Shown here piece after piece: positions 50,301 through 62,329 of a DNA stretch of 64,000 nt (positions within the stretch are counted from its first letter, which is position 1; each line of letters begins with the position of its first letter). This DNA comes from Leucoraja ocellata (taxonomy: Eukaryota). The notes beneath the pieces are model-generated. The model saw only the letters and a program-made list of their open reading frames with translations. It was not told the origin of the DNA and searched no databases. The translations under genes were made by a program, and so were the position numbers. The DNA lies in the NCBI GenBank assembly GCA_036785375.1, contig JAWMAR010000203.1, positions 4,154,001 to 4,218,000 of the forward strand. The letters are read 5' to 3'.

Positions 50301-51740
50301 AATATAGAACCTGCATCCAAGAGAGAAGGAACGTCAAAGAGCCGCTGATGCCAACGGAGATGCCAGACAGGCCTTGGCAAACCTTGGGAGCTGACCTATT
50401 CACGCTGAAAAACAAGACTTATCTACTAGTAGTAGATTATTTCTCAAGATATGTGGAAGTTGCGCTGCTATCACCCACAAGGTCCACAGATGTGGTGGTA
50501 CACCTGAAATCCATATTTGCTCGTCATGGAATTTGTGAATTTCTTAAAAGTGACAATGGGCCCCAGTTCTCAGGTAGCCACTTTAAAGCCTTTGCAGCAG
50601 GGTATGGCTTTGTGCACATCACGAGCAGCCCCAGGTTTCCTCAGAGCAATGGTGAGGCGGAACGCGCTGTACAAACCGTGAAAAACCTGCTAACAAAGGC
50701 GTCAGATCCTTATCTTGCATTGCTGGCCTACTGAACGGCTATAGCCCGGCCGAGCTGTTGATGGGGCGCCGCCTCCGCACTACTGTTCCTGCCCTTCCAA
50801 CCCTGCTGAATCCAGTTTTGCCTGACTACAACGCGCTGGTGGCCAAAGAAAGGGAGAAGAGGTGGAACGACGCAAGATCCTTCGACAAGAGGCACGGAGC
50901 GAGAAATCTGGAGCCACTAGTACCTGGGGAGGATGTGTGGATCACCGATGCACGAGTCCAGGGCAAAGTGCTATCTACACACAATACCCCTCGCTCTTAT
51001 ATCGTCCAGGTGCCTCAGGGCACACTGAGGAGGAACGGCAGCACTTGGTGCCGCTGCAGACCAACAGTGGGGTAGTCGACGCCGATGAGCCACCGGTGGG
51101 AGAAGAGCCAGCTCCACCAGAGCCAGCTCCACCAGTGACAACATCACCCAGCGGAGAGGGCCCCACCACAGAGACTGTGCGGACCAGGTGTGGGAGAGAG
51201 GTTAGAAAGCCGAAGAGACTTGATTTGTGATTTATTGATCTGTTTTCTACAATAAAGAAAAAGAGAGAGTGAAATGTGATGTGAAATTGTTCTGTAAACC
51301 TGTTACATTTACCTGAAACCTGAGAGTTTAAGTTTTGAAGAACAGCCTGCTAAAGAATAGTTCACAGTATGGTAACGTGTAAGTTATTTTATTTCTATTT
51401 TGCATGCTTAGATCAGGGACAGGTCTTCCAGCAAAAGGGCAGAATAAACCCCTTAAGACCTGCAGAGACAAAGGTAGTCCACCCTTTGTTCTCAAAGAAA
51501 GGGAGATGTGGTACTATGCAATAATAGTGTAAGGCTGGGCAGACGGGCACTAGGACCCAGTGTGACAGAAGCCAGGCTCCAGTAACCGGATGTGACTGGA
51601 ACCCTGGGGTGTGGCAGTTAGGGAGTTGCCTGGGCTGGCACACGAGGCAGTTGCTGTTGCTGCTGTTGTACAGAGTTGTTAAATAAAGAGATACTCCGTT
51701 TACGTCGTCGTACGAGCCTTATTACAAGCATAACTCGACA
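47344..51740 (+). mobile_element. Gypsy/Ty3 LTR retrotransposon with both LTRs (47344-47577, 51507-51740)
   Basis: 234-bp TG...CA LTRs with ~5 mismatches counted by eye; GCAAG TSD; PBS TGGTGTCAGAA (tRNA-Leu-like); PPT AAAGAAAGGGAGA. Confidence 0.97.
47577..51230 (+). pseudogene. Gypsy gag-pol (gag, 2 zinc knuckles, RT, RNase H, integrase); frameshift in gag, protease deleted, integrase stop at 50732
   Basis: CHNCGKKGHYGKVC, ICVDF, LPFG, HMDD, ADASSFGLG, ETDHKPL, VDYFSRY, SDNGPQF, SNGEAER. No DTG/DSG motif. Confidence 0.9.
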
Positions 51741-51919
51741 GCAAGAGGCTGTTATCCTTTGTGCCATTGCCGCTACTCCGGCTGTGAAATATTGTCTGGA
51801 TATATCATGTATCATCCCCTCTTTTCCTACATCCTTGCCTATGTGTTAATCTGACAAAGGGCATGGAGAAAACCCCTGGGACAAACCACTCTCCTATCGG
51901 GGTGACGCTAGTCCCTTGC

Positions 51920-54540
51920 GAGGGAAGACATAGGGACTGACGAGGTAGAGTCACTGTGGATTGAGTTGAGGAATTGCAAAGGCAAGAAGACACTAATTGG
52001 TGTTATCTGCAGACCCCCAATTAGTAGCCCAGATGTGGGGTGTAAGTTGCAGCAGGAGTTAAAACTGGCATGTATCAAAGGTAATGCCACCGTGGTGATG
52101 GGGGATTTCAATATGCAGGTAGACTGGGAAAATCAGGTTGGTTCAGGACCCCAAGAAAAAGAGTTTGTAGAGTGCCTCCGAGATGGATTCTTAGAGCAGC
52201 TTGTAATGGAGCCGACCAGAGAAAAGGAAATTCTGGATTTAGTGGTGTCCAATTAATCAAATTTGACAAGAGAACTCAAGGTTACGAAACCGCTTGGAGA
52301 TAGTGATCATAATATGACTAGTTTTAATCTGCAATTTGAGAAGGAGAAGGTTAAATTGGAAATGGCAGTGATGCAGCTGAAAGGGATCCTAGCAGGAATG
52401 ACGGTGGAACAGAAATGGCAGGAATTTCTGGGCATAATTCGGAAGACGCAGGATCATTTCATTTCAAAAAGGAAGAAAGATTATAAGGGGAGGAAGAGGC
52501 AACCGTGGCTGAGATGAGATGTTAGGGATAGAATAAAACTCAAAGAAAAGATGTATAACACAACAAAGAGTAGCTGGAACCCAGAGGATTGGGAAACTTT
52601 CATAGGATAACAGAAGGAAACAAAACGGGCAATACAGGCTGAACAGATGAAGTACGAGGGGAAGCTGGCCAGGAATACAAAGATGGACAGTAAATGCTTC
52701 TTTAGATATGTTAAAGGAAAAAGAGTATCAAAGTCAAATGTGGGTCCCTTGAAGGCAGACACGGGTGAAATTATTATGGGGAACAAGGAAATGGCAGAAG
52801 AGTTGAACAGGTACCTCGGATCTGTCTTCACTAAGGAAGACACAAACAATCTCCCAGATGTACTGGAGGACAAAGGATCTAAGGAAGTCGAGGAACTGAA
52901 ATAAATTTTCATTAGGCGAGAAATAGTATTGGGTAGGCTAATGGGACTGAATGATGATAAATCCCCTGGGCCTGATGGTCTGCACCCCAGGGTCCTCAGG
53001 GAGGTGGCTCTAGAAATAGTGGACGCATTGTTGATCATTTTCCAATGTTCATTAGATTCAGGATCAGTTCCTGTGGATTGGAGGATAGCTAATGTTATCC
53101 CACTTTTCAAGAAAGGAGCGAGAGAGAAAACGGGGAATTACAGACCAGTTAGCCTGACTTCGGTGGTGGGAAAGATGCTTGAGTCAATTATTAAAGATGT
53201 AATAATGGGACATTTGGATAGCAGAAATAGGATTAGTCCAAGTCAGCATGGATTTATGAAAGGAAAATCATGCTTGACTAATCTTCTGGAATTTTTTGAG
53301 GATGTGACAAGTAAAATGGATGAAGGGGAGCCAGTGGATGTAGTGTATCTAGACTTTCAGAAAGCCTTTGATAAGGTCCCGCACGGGAGGCTGGTGACTA
53401 AAATTAGAGCACATGGTATTGGGTGTAGGGTGTTGAGTGGATGGAAAATTGTTTGGCAGAGAGGAAGCAAAGAGTAGGAGTGAACGGGTTCTTTTCAGAA
53501 TGGCAGGCAGTGGCGAGTGGAGTGCCGCTAGGCTCGGTGTTGGGGCCGCAACTGTTTACCATATAAATTAATGATTTGGAAGAGGGAATTAGGAGCAACA
53601 CTATCAAGTTTGCGGATGACACAAAGCTGGGTGGCAGGGTGAAATGTGAAGAGGATGTTAGGAGGTTGCAGGGTGACCTGGACAGGTTGAGTGAGGGGGC
53701 AGATGCGTGGCAGATGCAGTATAATATAGATAAATGTGAGGTTATCCACTTTGGCGGGCAAAAACAAGGGGGCATATTATTATCTCAATGGGGTTAGGTT
53801 AGGTAAGGGGGGGGGGGGGGGGGGTACAGCGAGACCTGGATGCCCTTGTATACCAGTCACTGAAAGTTGGCGTGCAGGTACAGCAGGCAATGAAGAAAGC
53901 TAATGGAATGTTGTCCTTCATAACAAGAGGATTTCAGTATAGGAGTAAAGAGGTTCTTCTGCAGTTGTATTGGGCTCTGGTGAGACCACATCTGGAGTAT
54001 TGCGTATAGTTTTTGTCTCCTAATTTGAGGAAGGACATCCCTGTGATTGAGGCAGTGCAGCGTAGATTGATCCCTGGGATGGCGGGACTGCCATATGAGG
54101 AAAGATTGAAAAGACTAGGCTTGTATTCACTGGTTTAGAAGGATGAGGGGCTATCTTATAGAGACATATAAAATTATAAAAGGACTGGACAAGCTAGATG
54201 CAGGACAAATGTTCCCAATGTTGGGCAAGTCCAGAACCAGGGGCCACAGTCTTTGAATAAAGGGGAGGCCATTTAAGACTGAGGTGAGAAAAAACTTTTT
54301 CACCCAGAGAGTTGTGAATTTGTGGAATTCCCTGCCACTGAGGGCTGTGGAGGCCAAATCACTGGATGGATTTAAGAGAGAGTTAGATATTCTAGGGGCT
54401 AGTGGAGTCAAAGGATATGGGGAGAAGGCTGGCACGGGTTATTGATCGGGGACGATCAGCCATGATCACAATAAATGGCGATGCTGGCTCGAGGGGCCGA
54501 ATGACCTCCTCCTGCACCTATTTCCTATGTTTCTATGTTT
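51920..54540 (+). mobile_element. 5'-truncated CR1 LINE (APE C-terminus and RT, degenerate)
   Basis: GDFN, SDHN, KSPGPDG, NYRPVSLT, QHGF, LDFQKAFDKV, FADD; (ctatgttt) tail. Confidence 0.9.
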
Positions 54541-55609
54541 CTAAATCTTACTCGCATCCCTGCTGCAACCTATGTGTAACTAGTGCTGTCTTTCCCTCTC
54601 CTCTACTGTCCCCTGGGCCTCTACCACTGTGTGAGGGAGCTGGACATCTGCTGGCTGAGAAGCTGCACAAGCGTCTGTCTAGAGACTGTTGCTTCTTTGG
54701 CAACTTGATGAGCTGCGGCATTACCGAGGGTGATGTCATATGTATCATGAGTGTGGGACTTGTATTTGGCAATGTCCACTATATCAGGCAGGAGACCAAC
54801 ACGCTAATAGGCCTGTTCCACTTAAGCAACTTTTTAGGCGACTACAGGAGACTATGTGGTCGCCACATGGTTGCCACATGTTCACGGGTGGTTGCCGGGG
54901 AGTTGCCTTCATGGAGGTGAGGAGTTCCCGCATTGTCAGAGCTAGTTGTGGCTTCATTCTGGTCACCGCTAATTTTTCAACATGTTGACCAGAATGACTT
55001 CAGAATTAAGGGACAGAAGTTTAGGGGTATCATGAGGGGGAACTTCTTTACTCAGAGTGGTAGCGGTGTGGAATTAGCTTCCAGTTGAAGTGGTGGAGGC
55101 AGGTTCGTTGGTATCATTTAAAATAAATTGGATAGGCATATGGATGAGAAGGGAATGGAGGGTTATGGTATGAGTGCAGGCAGGTGGGACTAAGGGAAAA
55201 TAATTGTTCGGCACGGACTTGTAGGGCCGAGATGGCCTGTTTCCGTGCTGTAATTGTTATATGGTTATATGAAGTCTCCATGCCGAGTAGCGAGAATTCT
55301 CGTGGCGTAGGTGTAGTGGTAGTGGGTCGCCAGGTGGTCGTAGGTTCTCATAGGTTCTCGTAGGTTGTCGCCGGTGCTGACCGGTGAATTTCATTAGCTC
55401 ACTGGGAAAAAAACCGTAAACAGTAGTTTTCAGAACCAAGGATAACTGGCCGCTAATGTTAAAGTCTGCTGAGCTTCACAGCCGTGTATCACTGGCTTCT
55501 TAAATGTTGTTACCACTCCTTCTCCCCACGCCGTCTCCCCCTGCTCACCCCTTCTCCCCCCCGTCCCCCATCTTTTAAAAGACTTATGTGACCCTTCCCG
55601 TACATAAAA

Positions 55610-57275
55610 ACATAGAAAATAGGTGCAGGAGTAGGCCATTCAGCCCTTCGAGCCTGCACCGCCATTCAATATGATCATGGCTGATCATCCAACTCAGTAT
55701 CCTGTACCTTCCTTCTCTCCATACCCCCTGATCCCTTTAGCCACAAGGGCCACATCTAACTCCCTCTTAAATATAGCCAATAAACTGGCCTCAACTACCT
55801 TCTGTGGCAGAGAATTCCAGAGATTCACCACTCTCTGTGTGAAAAATGTTTTTCTCATCTCGGTCCTAAAATATTTCCCCCTTATCCTTATACTGTGACC
55901 TCTTGTTCTGGACTTCCCCAACATCGGGAACAATCTTCCTGCATCTAGCCTGTCCAACCCCGTTAAGAATTTTGTAAGTTTCTATTAGATCCCCCCTCAA
56001 TCTTCTATATTCTAGCGAGTACAAACTGAATCTATCCAGTCTTTCTTCATGTGAAAGTCCTACCATTCCAGGAAACAGTCTGGTGAACCTTCTCTGTACT
56101 CCCTCTATGGCAAGAATGTATTTCTGCATATTAGGAGACTAAAACTACACAATTCTCCAGTAGAACCTCCCTGCTCCTATACTCAAATCCTTTTGCTATG
56201 AATGCTAACATACCATTCACTTTCTTCACTGCCTGCTGTACCTGCATTCCTACTTTCAATGACTGGTGTACCATGACACCCAGGTCTCGTTGCATCTCCT
56301 CTTTTCCTAATCGGCCACCATTCAGATAATAGTCTACTTTCCTGTTCTTCCTACTGAAGTGGATAACCTCACATTTATCCACATTATCCTGCATCTGCCA
56401 TGTATTTGCCCACTAACCCAACCTATCCAAGTCACCTTGCAGCCTCCTAGCATCCTCCTCACAGCTAACACTGCCCCCCAGCTTCGTGTCATCCGCAAAC
56501 TTGGAGATGTTGCATTCAATTCTTCGTCCAAATCATTAATATATATTGTAAATAGCTGGGTTCCCAGCACTGAGCCTTGCAGTACCCCACTAGTCACTGC
56601 CTGCCATTCTGAGAGGGACCCGTTTACTCCTACTCTTTGCTTCCTAGCTGCCAGCCAGTTCTCTATCCACATCAATACTGAACCCCCAATATCATGTGCT
56701 TTACGTTTGCATACTAATCTGTTATGTGGGACCTTGTTGAAAGCCTTCTGGAAGTCCAGATATAAGTCGTCAAGTCACTTTTATTTATATAGCACATTAA
56801 AAAAACAACTCTCGTTGGTCAAAGTGCTTTATATTTGTTATAAGAATAAACAAACAAACTACATACATATATACATATAGCCCTCGCTCAGTGGGCTTCA
56901 GGAAAGGCTTGGGAGTATATATAAGTTTTTAGTCTTGACTTAAAGGAGTCGATGGAGGGGGCAGTTCTGATGGGAAGGGGGATGCTGTAACACATCCACT
57001 GGTTCTCCCTTATCCACTCTACTAGTTACATCCTCGAAAAATCCTATAAGATTCTTCAGACATGATTGACCTTTCATAAATCCATGCTGACTTTGTCCAA
57101 TGATTTCACCACTTTCCAAATGTGCTGCTATCCCATCTTTAATAACTGAATCTAACATCGATAGTGGGGAAAATGCTAGACTAACTGGTCTGTAATTCCC
57201 CGTTTTCTCTCTCCCTCCCTTTTTAAAAGTGGGATTACATTAGCTACCCTCCAATCCTCAGGAACTATTCCAGAT
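55610..57275 (-). mobile_element. CR1 LINE RT/3' fragment
   Basis: QHGFMKG, SGVLQGSVLG, KCEVIHF, RTRGHS; catagaaa tail. Confidence 0.85.
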
Positions 57276-57849
57276 TCCAGGTGTGGCTGCCTGGGCAGCG
57301 GTTCCATTGGGGAAGAGAAAGCCTCTAGAGTCTCAAAGGGGGTGAGAACTGCATATCCTGCTCAGATGCACTCGGCACATGGGCGGGTGGGGGCCGCATT
57401 GGTGAATAGGACCATATCCCTTTGACGGGGTTAAGAGCCAGGGCTCATTGGAAGGTTAAACTAGGTTTGGATGTGACCTCCTAGCTGGCTCTTCTAGCGG
57501 CAGTAAATTGGGTAGCCGCAGAATTTGGGAGCAGAGTTACTGCATGGGGGACCAAAACAGTGCGAGGGTGATCTAACACTAGAGGGCGGATTCCTCCACC
57601 TTAATTGCAGTGGCAGTGACAGCACGTAAACAATCAGGCCTGCCCATTACAACAGGTCGTGGCTGAACAGAATGATGCGCGACAGGCTTCATGAGACTAC
57701 TGTGGTTCTGAGTCAGTCTGGTGTTGGCAAAACATTGTTTATTGTTCACAACAAGACAAAAGAGATGCCATAAAAGTGGTCCTTAAGATACCTTTAGTTC
57801 ATATTTTAAGTTGCAAAACAGTGATTAAGTCCCCATACCAATGGGCAGT

Positions 57850-58499
57850 GTTTTCCATGCAGATATGGGGATCTAAAACACTGCAAACCGCAACGTTCCA
57901 AATGGTCGCGTTCCAGAAAAACCCACAAGCAAGATGATTTAAATGGCCATTAATTTACAGGTATTAAACATTAAATTCCTTCCATTTGGCCTATAAATCC
58001 ATGACAATGAGATTTAAAAATTATGTTATATTGTGAATTCTTGTGTGAATGTTATTTGGACACTTAGGCTATTTAAAAATGTTAATCTATTCTTAAGAAA
58101 TTGATAGATGTTTAGATCTAGTAATTGAATTTTGTAATTAGCTACTATTAGGCAACTAACTAATTATATGCTTTAATTTCAAGTCATCTAAGTAAGATTG
58201 TTTCATATTTGTTTCAGAATGCTTCAATCTATAATAACTGAAAATTTCTTTTAGTTCTCTTAATTCTTAAGAAAGTTATCGGCTTTTGACTGTCCTCGAT
58301 CACAGCTTTTGTGTTAAGTCAATGGAAAAGCAATAGAGAACAAGATGCTAATTTCCGAGTATGAAAATGGCCATAACTTTTTAAATACTGAAGATATGAA
58401 AGTGGATTAGGTGTCAAATTAAACTTATTTTTATGCTTTATCTGATGGGATAAATTACTGACTTGATTTTTAAAATCTCAAAATTTTGTAACATTGCAA
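57850..58499 (+). mobile_element. Internally deleted derivative of the 26082-35425 DNA transposon
   Basis: 57850-58130 is the reverse complement of 35150-35425, and 58130-58499 is the reverse complement of 26082-27070. Confidence 0.75.
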
Positions 58500-59259
58500 T
58501 GAGGAGTGCACAGCACTGGTGCATTCCTCAGAGCCCTTTTCAGCTTCTGGAAGGCCTTTATTTCTGCCGACCATATAACCATATAACCATATAACAATTA
58601 CAGCACGGAAACAGGCCATCTCGGCCCTACAAGTCCGTGCCGAACAACTTTTTTCCCTTAGTCCCACCTGCCTGCACTCATACCATAACCCTCCATTCCC
58701 TTCTCATCCATATACCTATCCAATTTATTTTTAAATGATACCAACGAACCTGCCTCCACCACTTCCACTGGAAGCTCATTCCACACCGGTACCACACTCG
58801 ATGTTATTTGGCACATTTGGTCCAGCTGCCAGTGCAAGGCACGAGTCCATATCTCAATGCTCAGGGATCCAATGCCTGCAGTAGTTGGCCATGCCAAAAC
58901 AGGAGAGCATCGTCGCTTTTGTCTGTGGCGGTGGGGTGCTAAGAATAGTCGCAAGCCGATCTGGGCCTAAGCTGCGGGTCCCTTTAAACAAGACATGTTC
59001 CAGGTATTGCACAACTGCTGCATTGTGACTGATACCTTACGTCCTTTCTGATCCAGATAGCATAGCAGGGCAAGAGTGTCCCATTCACAGTCACACTGAG
59101 TGGGTGTGGCCACAACAAGGTCATCCACATGCTGCAGGATACGGCTGTTCCCAGGCAACTGTAACTCGCTAAGATCATTCCTCACCATGGCTGCATACAC
59201 GGCGGGGCTTTTGGTGTAACCCTGGGGCAACCTAGTCCACATATACTGCCTGCCACTGT

Positions 59260-61115
59260 ATGATTACTGACTATCCTGATGCCAAAGAATGCCTCTCCAA
59301 CTTCCTTGAATGTCTACTGACCGGTGGCCCTCACCTCCATGGTCATGAAATACTTCGAGAGGCTGATCATGAACCACACCTGTGCCTTCCCCCCTCGCAA
59401 CATGGACCCGCTGCAGTTTGCATACTGTCCAAACAGATCCACGGATGATGCGGTCTCCCAGGTTCTGCACACCGCTCTCTCTCGCCTTGACAGCCAGAAA
59501 GGGGGCTATGTGAGGATGCTGTTCATAGACTTCAGTTCAGCTTTCAATACCATAGTCTCCACAAGACTTGCTGAGAAGCTGCTGAAACTGGGGCTGAACA
59601 CTCCTCTGTGTATCTGGTTTCTGGGCTTTCTCACCGCCAGGCCCCAGGGGTCAAGATGGGGAGACCCCGAATCAGAATCAGAATCAGAATCAATTTATTT
59701 GTCATTTGGACCCCTGGAGGTCCAAACGAAATGCCGTTTCTGCAGCCATACAATACACACAGATAGACCCCAGACACAACATAATTACATTTAACATAAA
59801 CATCCATCACATAACTGTGATGGAAGGCCAAATAAACTTCTCTCTCCACTGCACTCTCCCCCCACCCCGATGTCAGAGTCAAAGTCATAGCCCCCGGCTG
59901 GCGATGGCGATTGTCCCGCGGCCATTAAAGCCACGCCGGGTGATGCAAGGTCGCACACCGGGTCTAGATGTTGGAGCCCCCGGTGTGCGCTCGCAAAGTC
60001 CGCGGCCATTCCAGCCGCGCGGGGCAGTGATGTAGGCCCCGCTCCAGGAGCTCTTCGACCCCGCAACTTGGGCGGGAGAAGTCGCCACCGCAGAAGCCCC
60101 GAAAAGCGGTCTCCCCCCCAGGGAGCCGTGGGCTCGGCGCCGTCGTCCACAGACCTGTAGAGAGCTTCCGACTCTCCGGCAGCAGCAGCAGCAGCAGCAG
60201 CAACAGCACCAGCAACAGCACCAGCAGCAGCAGCAACAGCACCAGCAGCAGCAGCGCTCCTCCACCGCTCCGGACCCGGCCAGCTCCGCCACGGTGAGGT
60301 GAGTCGACACCTGAGTCCCCGGTCTCTTCCTGTTGGAGGCCACTCCTCGTTGCGGCCTCAACGACGACTGAGGCCCGACGAGAAAAGGTCGGGTCTCAGT
60401 GCAGGGAGAGATTCAAAAAGTTTCCCCCCCCCCTCCCACCCCCCCACACACACACACACACCCCAACATAAAATAACAAACACTACATAAAAACACAGAC
60501 AAAAATAATAAAAACGCGGACAGGCTGCAGAGGCCGCTGCTGGCCAGAGCCGCGCCGCCTACCGCTCCGGACCCGGAGAGAAACATACATCCAACATACA
60601 TTGGACATACATCCAACCCCCACTTTGGGGCTGTAGAAAGCATCTTGTCCGGTAACATCACAATCTGGTTTGGGAACAGCTCCACCCAGGACTGGACGGC
60701 CCTGCAGAAAGTAGTGCGTTCGGCCAAACGCACTATGGAAACTACACTCACCTCCCTGCAAGACCTGTACACCAGGAGGTGCATATCCAGAGCTAGTAAC
60801 ATTATGGGGGACCCCTACCCCCCCAGCTACGGACTGTTCCAGCTGCAACGGTCAGGCAAATGCCTCTGTTGTCACGCTGTGAAAACAGAGAGGATGAGAC
60901 GGAGTTTCTGCCCACAGCCCATCAGGACTGTAAACTCTTATCTCACCAGGGACTAATTTACTGTTGTGTTGTGTCTTTTAAAAAAAATAATTCTAACATG
61001 TAAATACTGATTCTGTTCTCTTCTGTTCTTTTGTTTTTGCACAATCCGCAGGCATTGCCACTCATCTCATTGCACATCTTGTATGTGTATGTGACAAATA
61101 AAGTGGACTTGACTT
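59260..61115 (+). mobile_element. Rex1-type LINE fragment containing the GC-rich retroposon (~59670-60600, minus)
   Basis: [18 protein letters not shown]; tail gacaaataaagtggacttgacttg. The inner element has a CAG tract and a (gattct)n tail. Confidence 0.8.
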
Positions 61116-61904
61116 GTAACATGATAGAGAAGAATGCAGAGCAGAGGTCAACCATTGTATAACATTCTGAATTGGATGTGGGGGAGGAGAGGATCACATT
61201 GATGGCTGGATCTATGGGGGAGATGGTGACCACAATTCGATTAATAGCCCTGAGATCTTGGACAAACCGCCCATTTATTTTTTTCTGTCTCAGAGCCTCT
61301 ATGATGGGCCTGATGCTCTCAATTGCCTCTGGGGGTAGGTTATACTGTCTAATAGAAGGAAGGGAAACATTTTCCTTCATCTTGTGGGGAAGTGCCGATT
61401 TCAGCAGGCCGATCTCAACCGGAAACGTGACCCATTCCTTCTGTCCATAGATGTTGCCTGTCCCACTGAGTTACTGCGGCATCTACATTCTGCTGAGAAG
61501 CAGCTTTATTCTCAACTAGACCAAGTGGGACCCATTGAACCCCGTTCCCCCAACGCAATATTCCACCACTCACCCATAGCCCCCAAATGCGTAGGCACGT
61601 TATGACCGCCAGAGATCTCCGTTGTGACGCGAGTCACAGTGACCCTTCCCAACTGTGCCTTGCCATCCCTCTTCCAACTCCTATCCTCCTCTGTTCCACC
61701 TCATCCCCCAATACTGCCTCCCCCTCGTCTTCACCCTCCATCTTCTTTCCCATCTCCTCATCCCCTCTCCGTCTCCGTCCCCCCCTCTCCTTTTCCCTAC
61801 CCCCAATCACTCCCTCGCTCCCTCCATAACCCCTCTCCCCTCCCTAACCTTCTCCTCTCTCTTTATCCCCCTGCTCCCCCACTCCTCACCTCCCTCCTAT
61901 CCCA

Positions 61905-62310
61905 CCCGCCCACAATGAAAATCATGATGTTTTTTTAAACAGTTTTCATTTTGCGATTTTTTAATGTAAATGGAAACCTCCCCCTTATAACCCCCCACGA
62001 TAAAAATCGCGATTTTTTTCCAAATTAAACCTCCCCCTATTGCAGCCCCTCACAATGAACATTGCGATGTTTTTTAAAAAGTTTTTTTTTCTGCGATTGT
62101 TTATGTAAATGGAACGCTCCCCCCATCCCACTCCCCCCATCCCACTCCCCCCATCCCACTCCCCCCTCAATGAAAATCGAGATTTTTTTTCAAATTAAAC
62201 CTCCCCCCTATCCCAGGCCCCCACAATGCAAATCACAATGTTTTTCTTTTAAAGGGTTTTTTTTTTCGTCTCCCCCTTATCCAACTCCCCACAATGAAAA
62301 TGGGGATTAA
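61905..62310. repeat. Imperfect tandem repeat (CCCCCACAATGAAAATCGCGATTTTTT-like units)
   Basis: At least five recurrences of cacaatgaaaatc followed by a poly-T tract. Confidence 0.65.
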
Positions 62311-62329
62311 AAAAAAAAAAAGAAAGATT

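Larger units (their letters stand above)
47010..61385 (-). pseudogene. Fragmented class I (epsilon-like) ERV pol: RT 61385-61115 and 59260-58790; connection 58560-58505 and 57715-57290; RNase H 54808-54545; integrase 51900-51746 and 47343-47010
   Basis: RFVQDLRAIN, VDLCSAFFSI, WTRLPQGY..SP, QHVDDL, KSHT...GNAAA, HHCC, PFTNLQIDF, VDIFSKWVEAFP, all in colinear order. Confidence 0.8.

Noticed and set aside
26082-58499. A giant 32-kb transposon bounded by inverted GCAATGTTACAA ends
   Set aside because: No TSD. Both are the same (3') end of two separate family members in opposite orientation.
59885-60361. Poly-Cys/poly-Leu/poly-Gln ORFs
   Set aside because: Translations of a CAG/CTG tract within a repeat present three times in the window.
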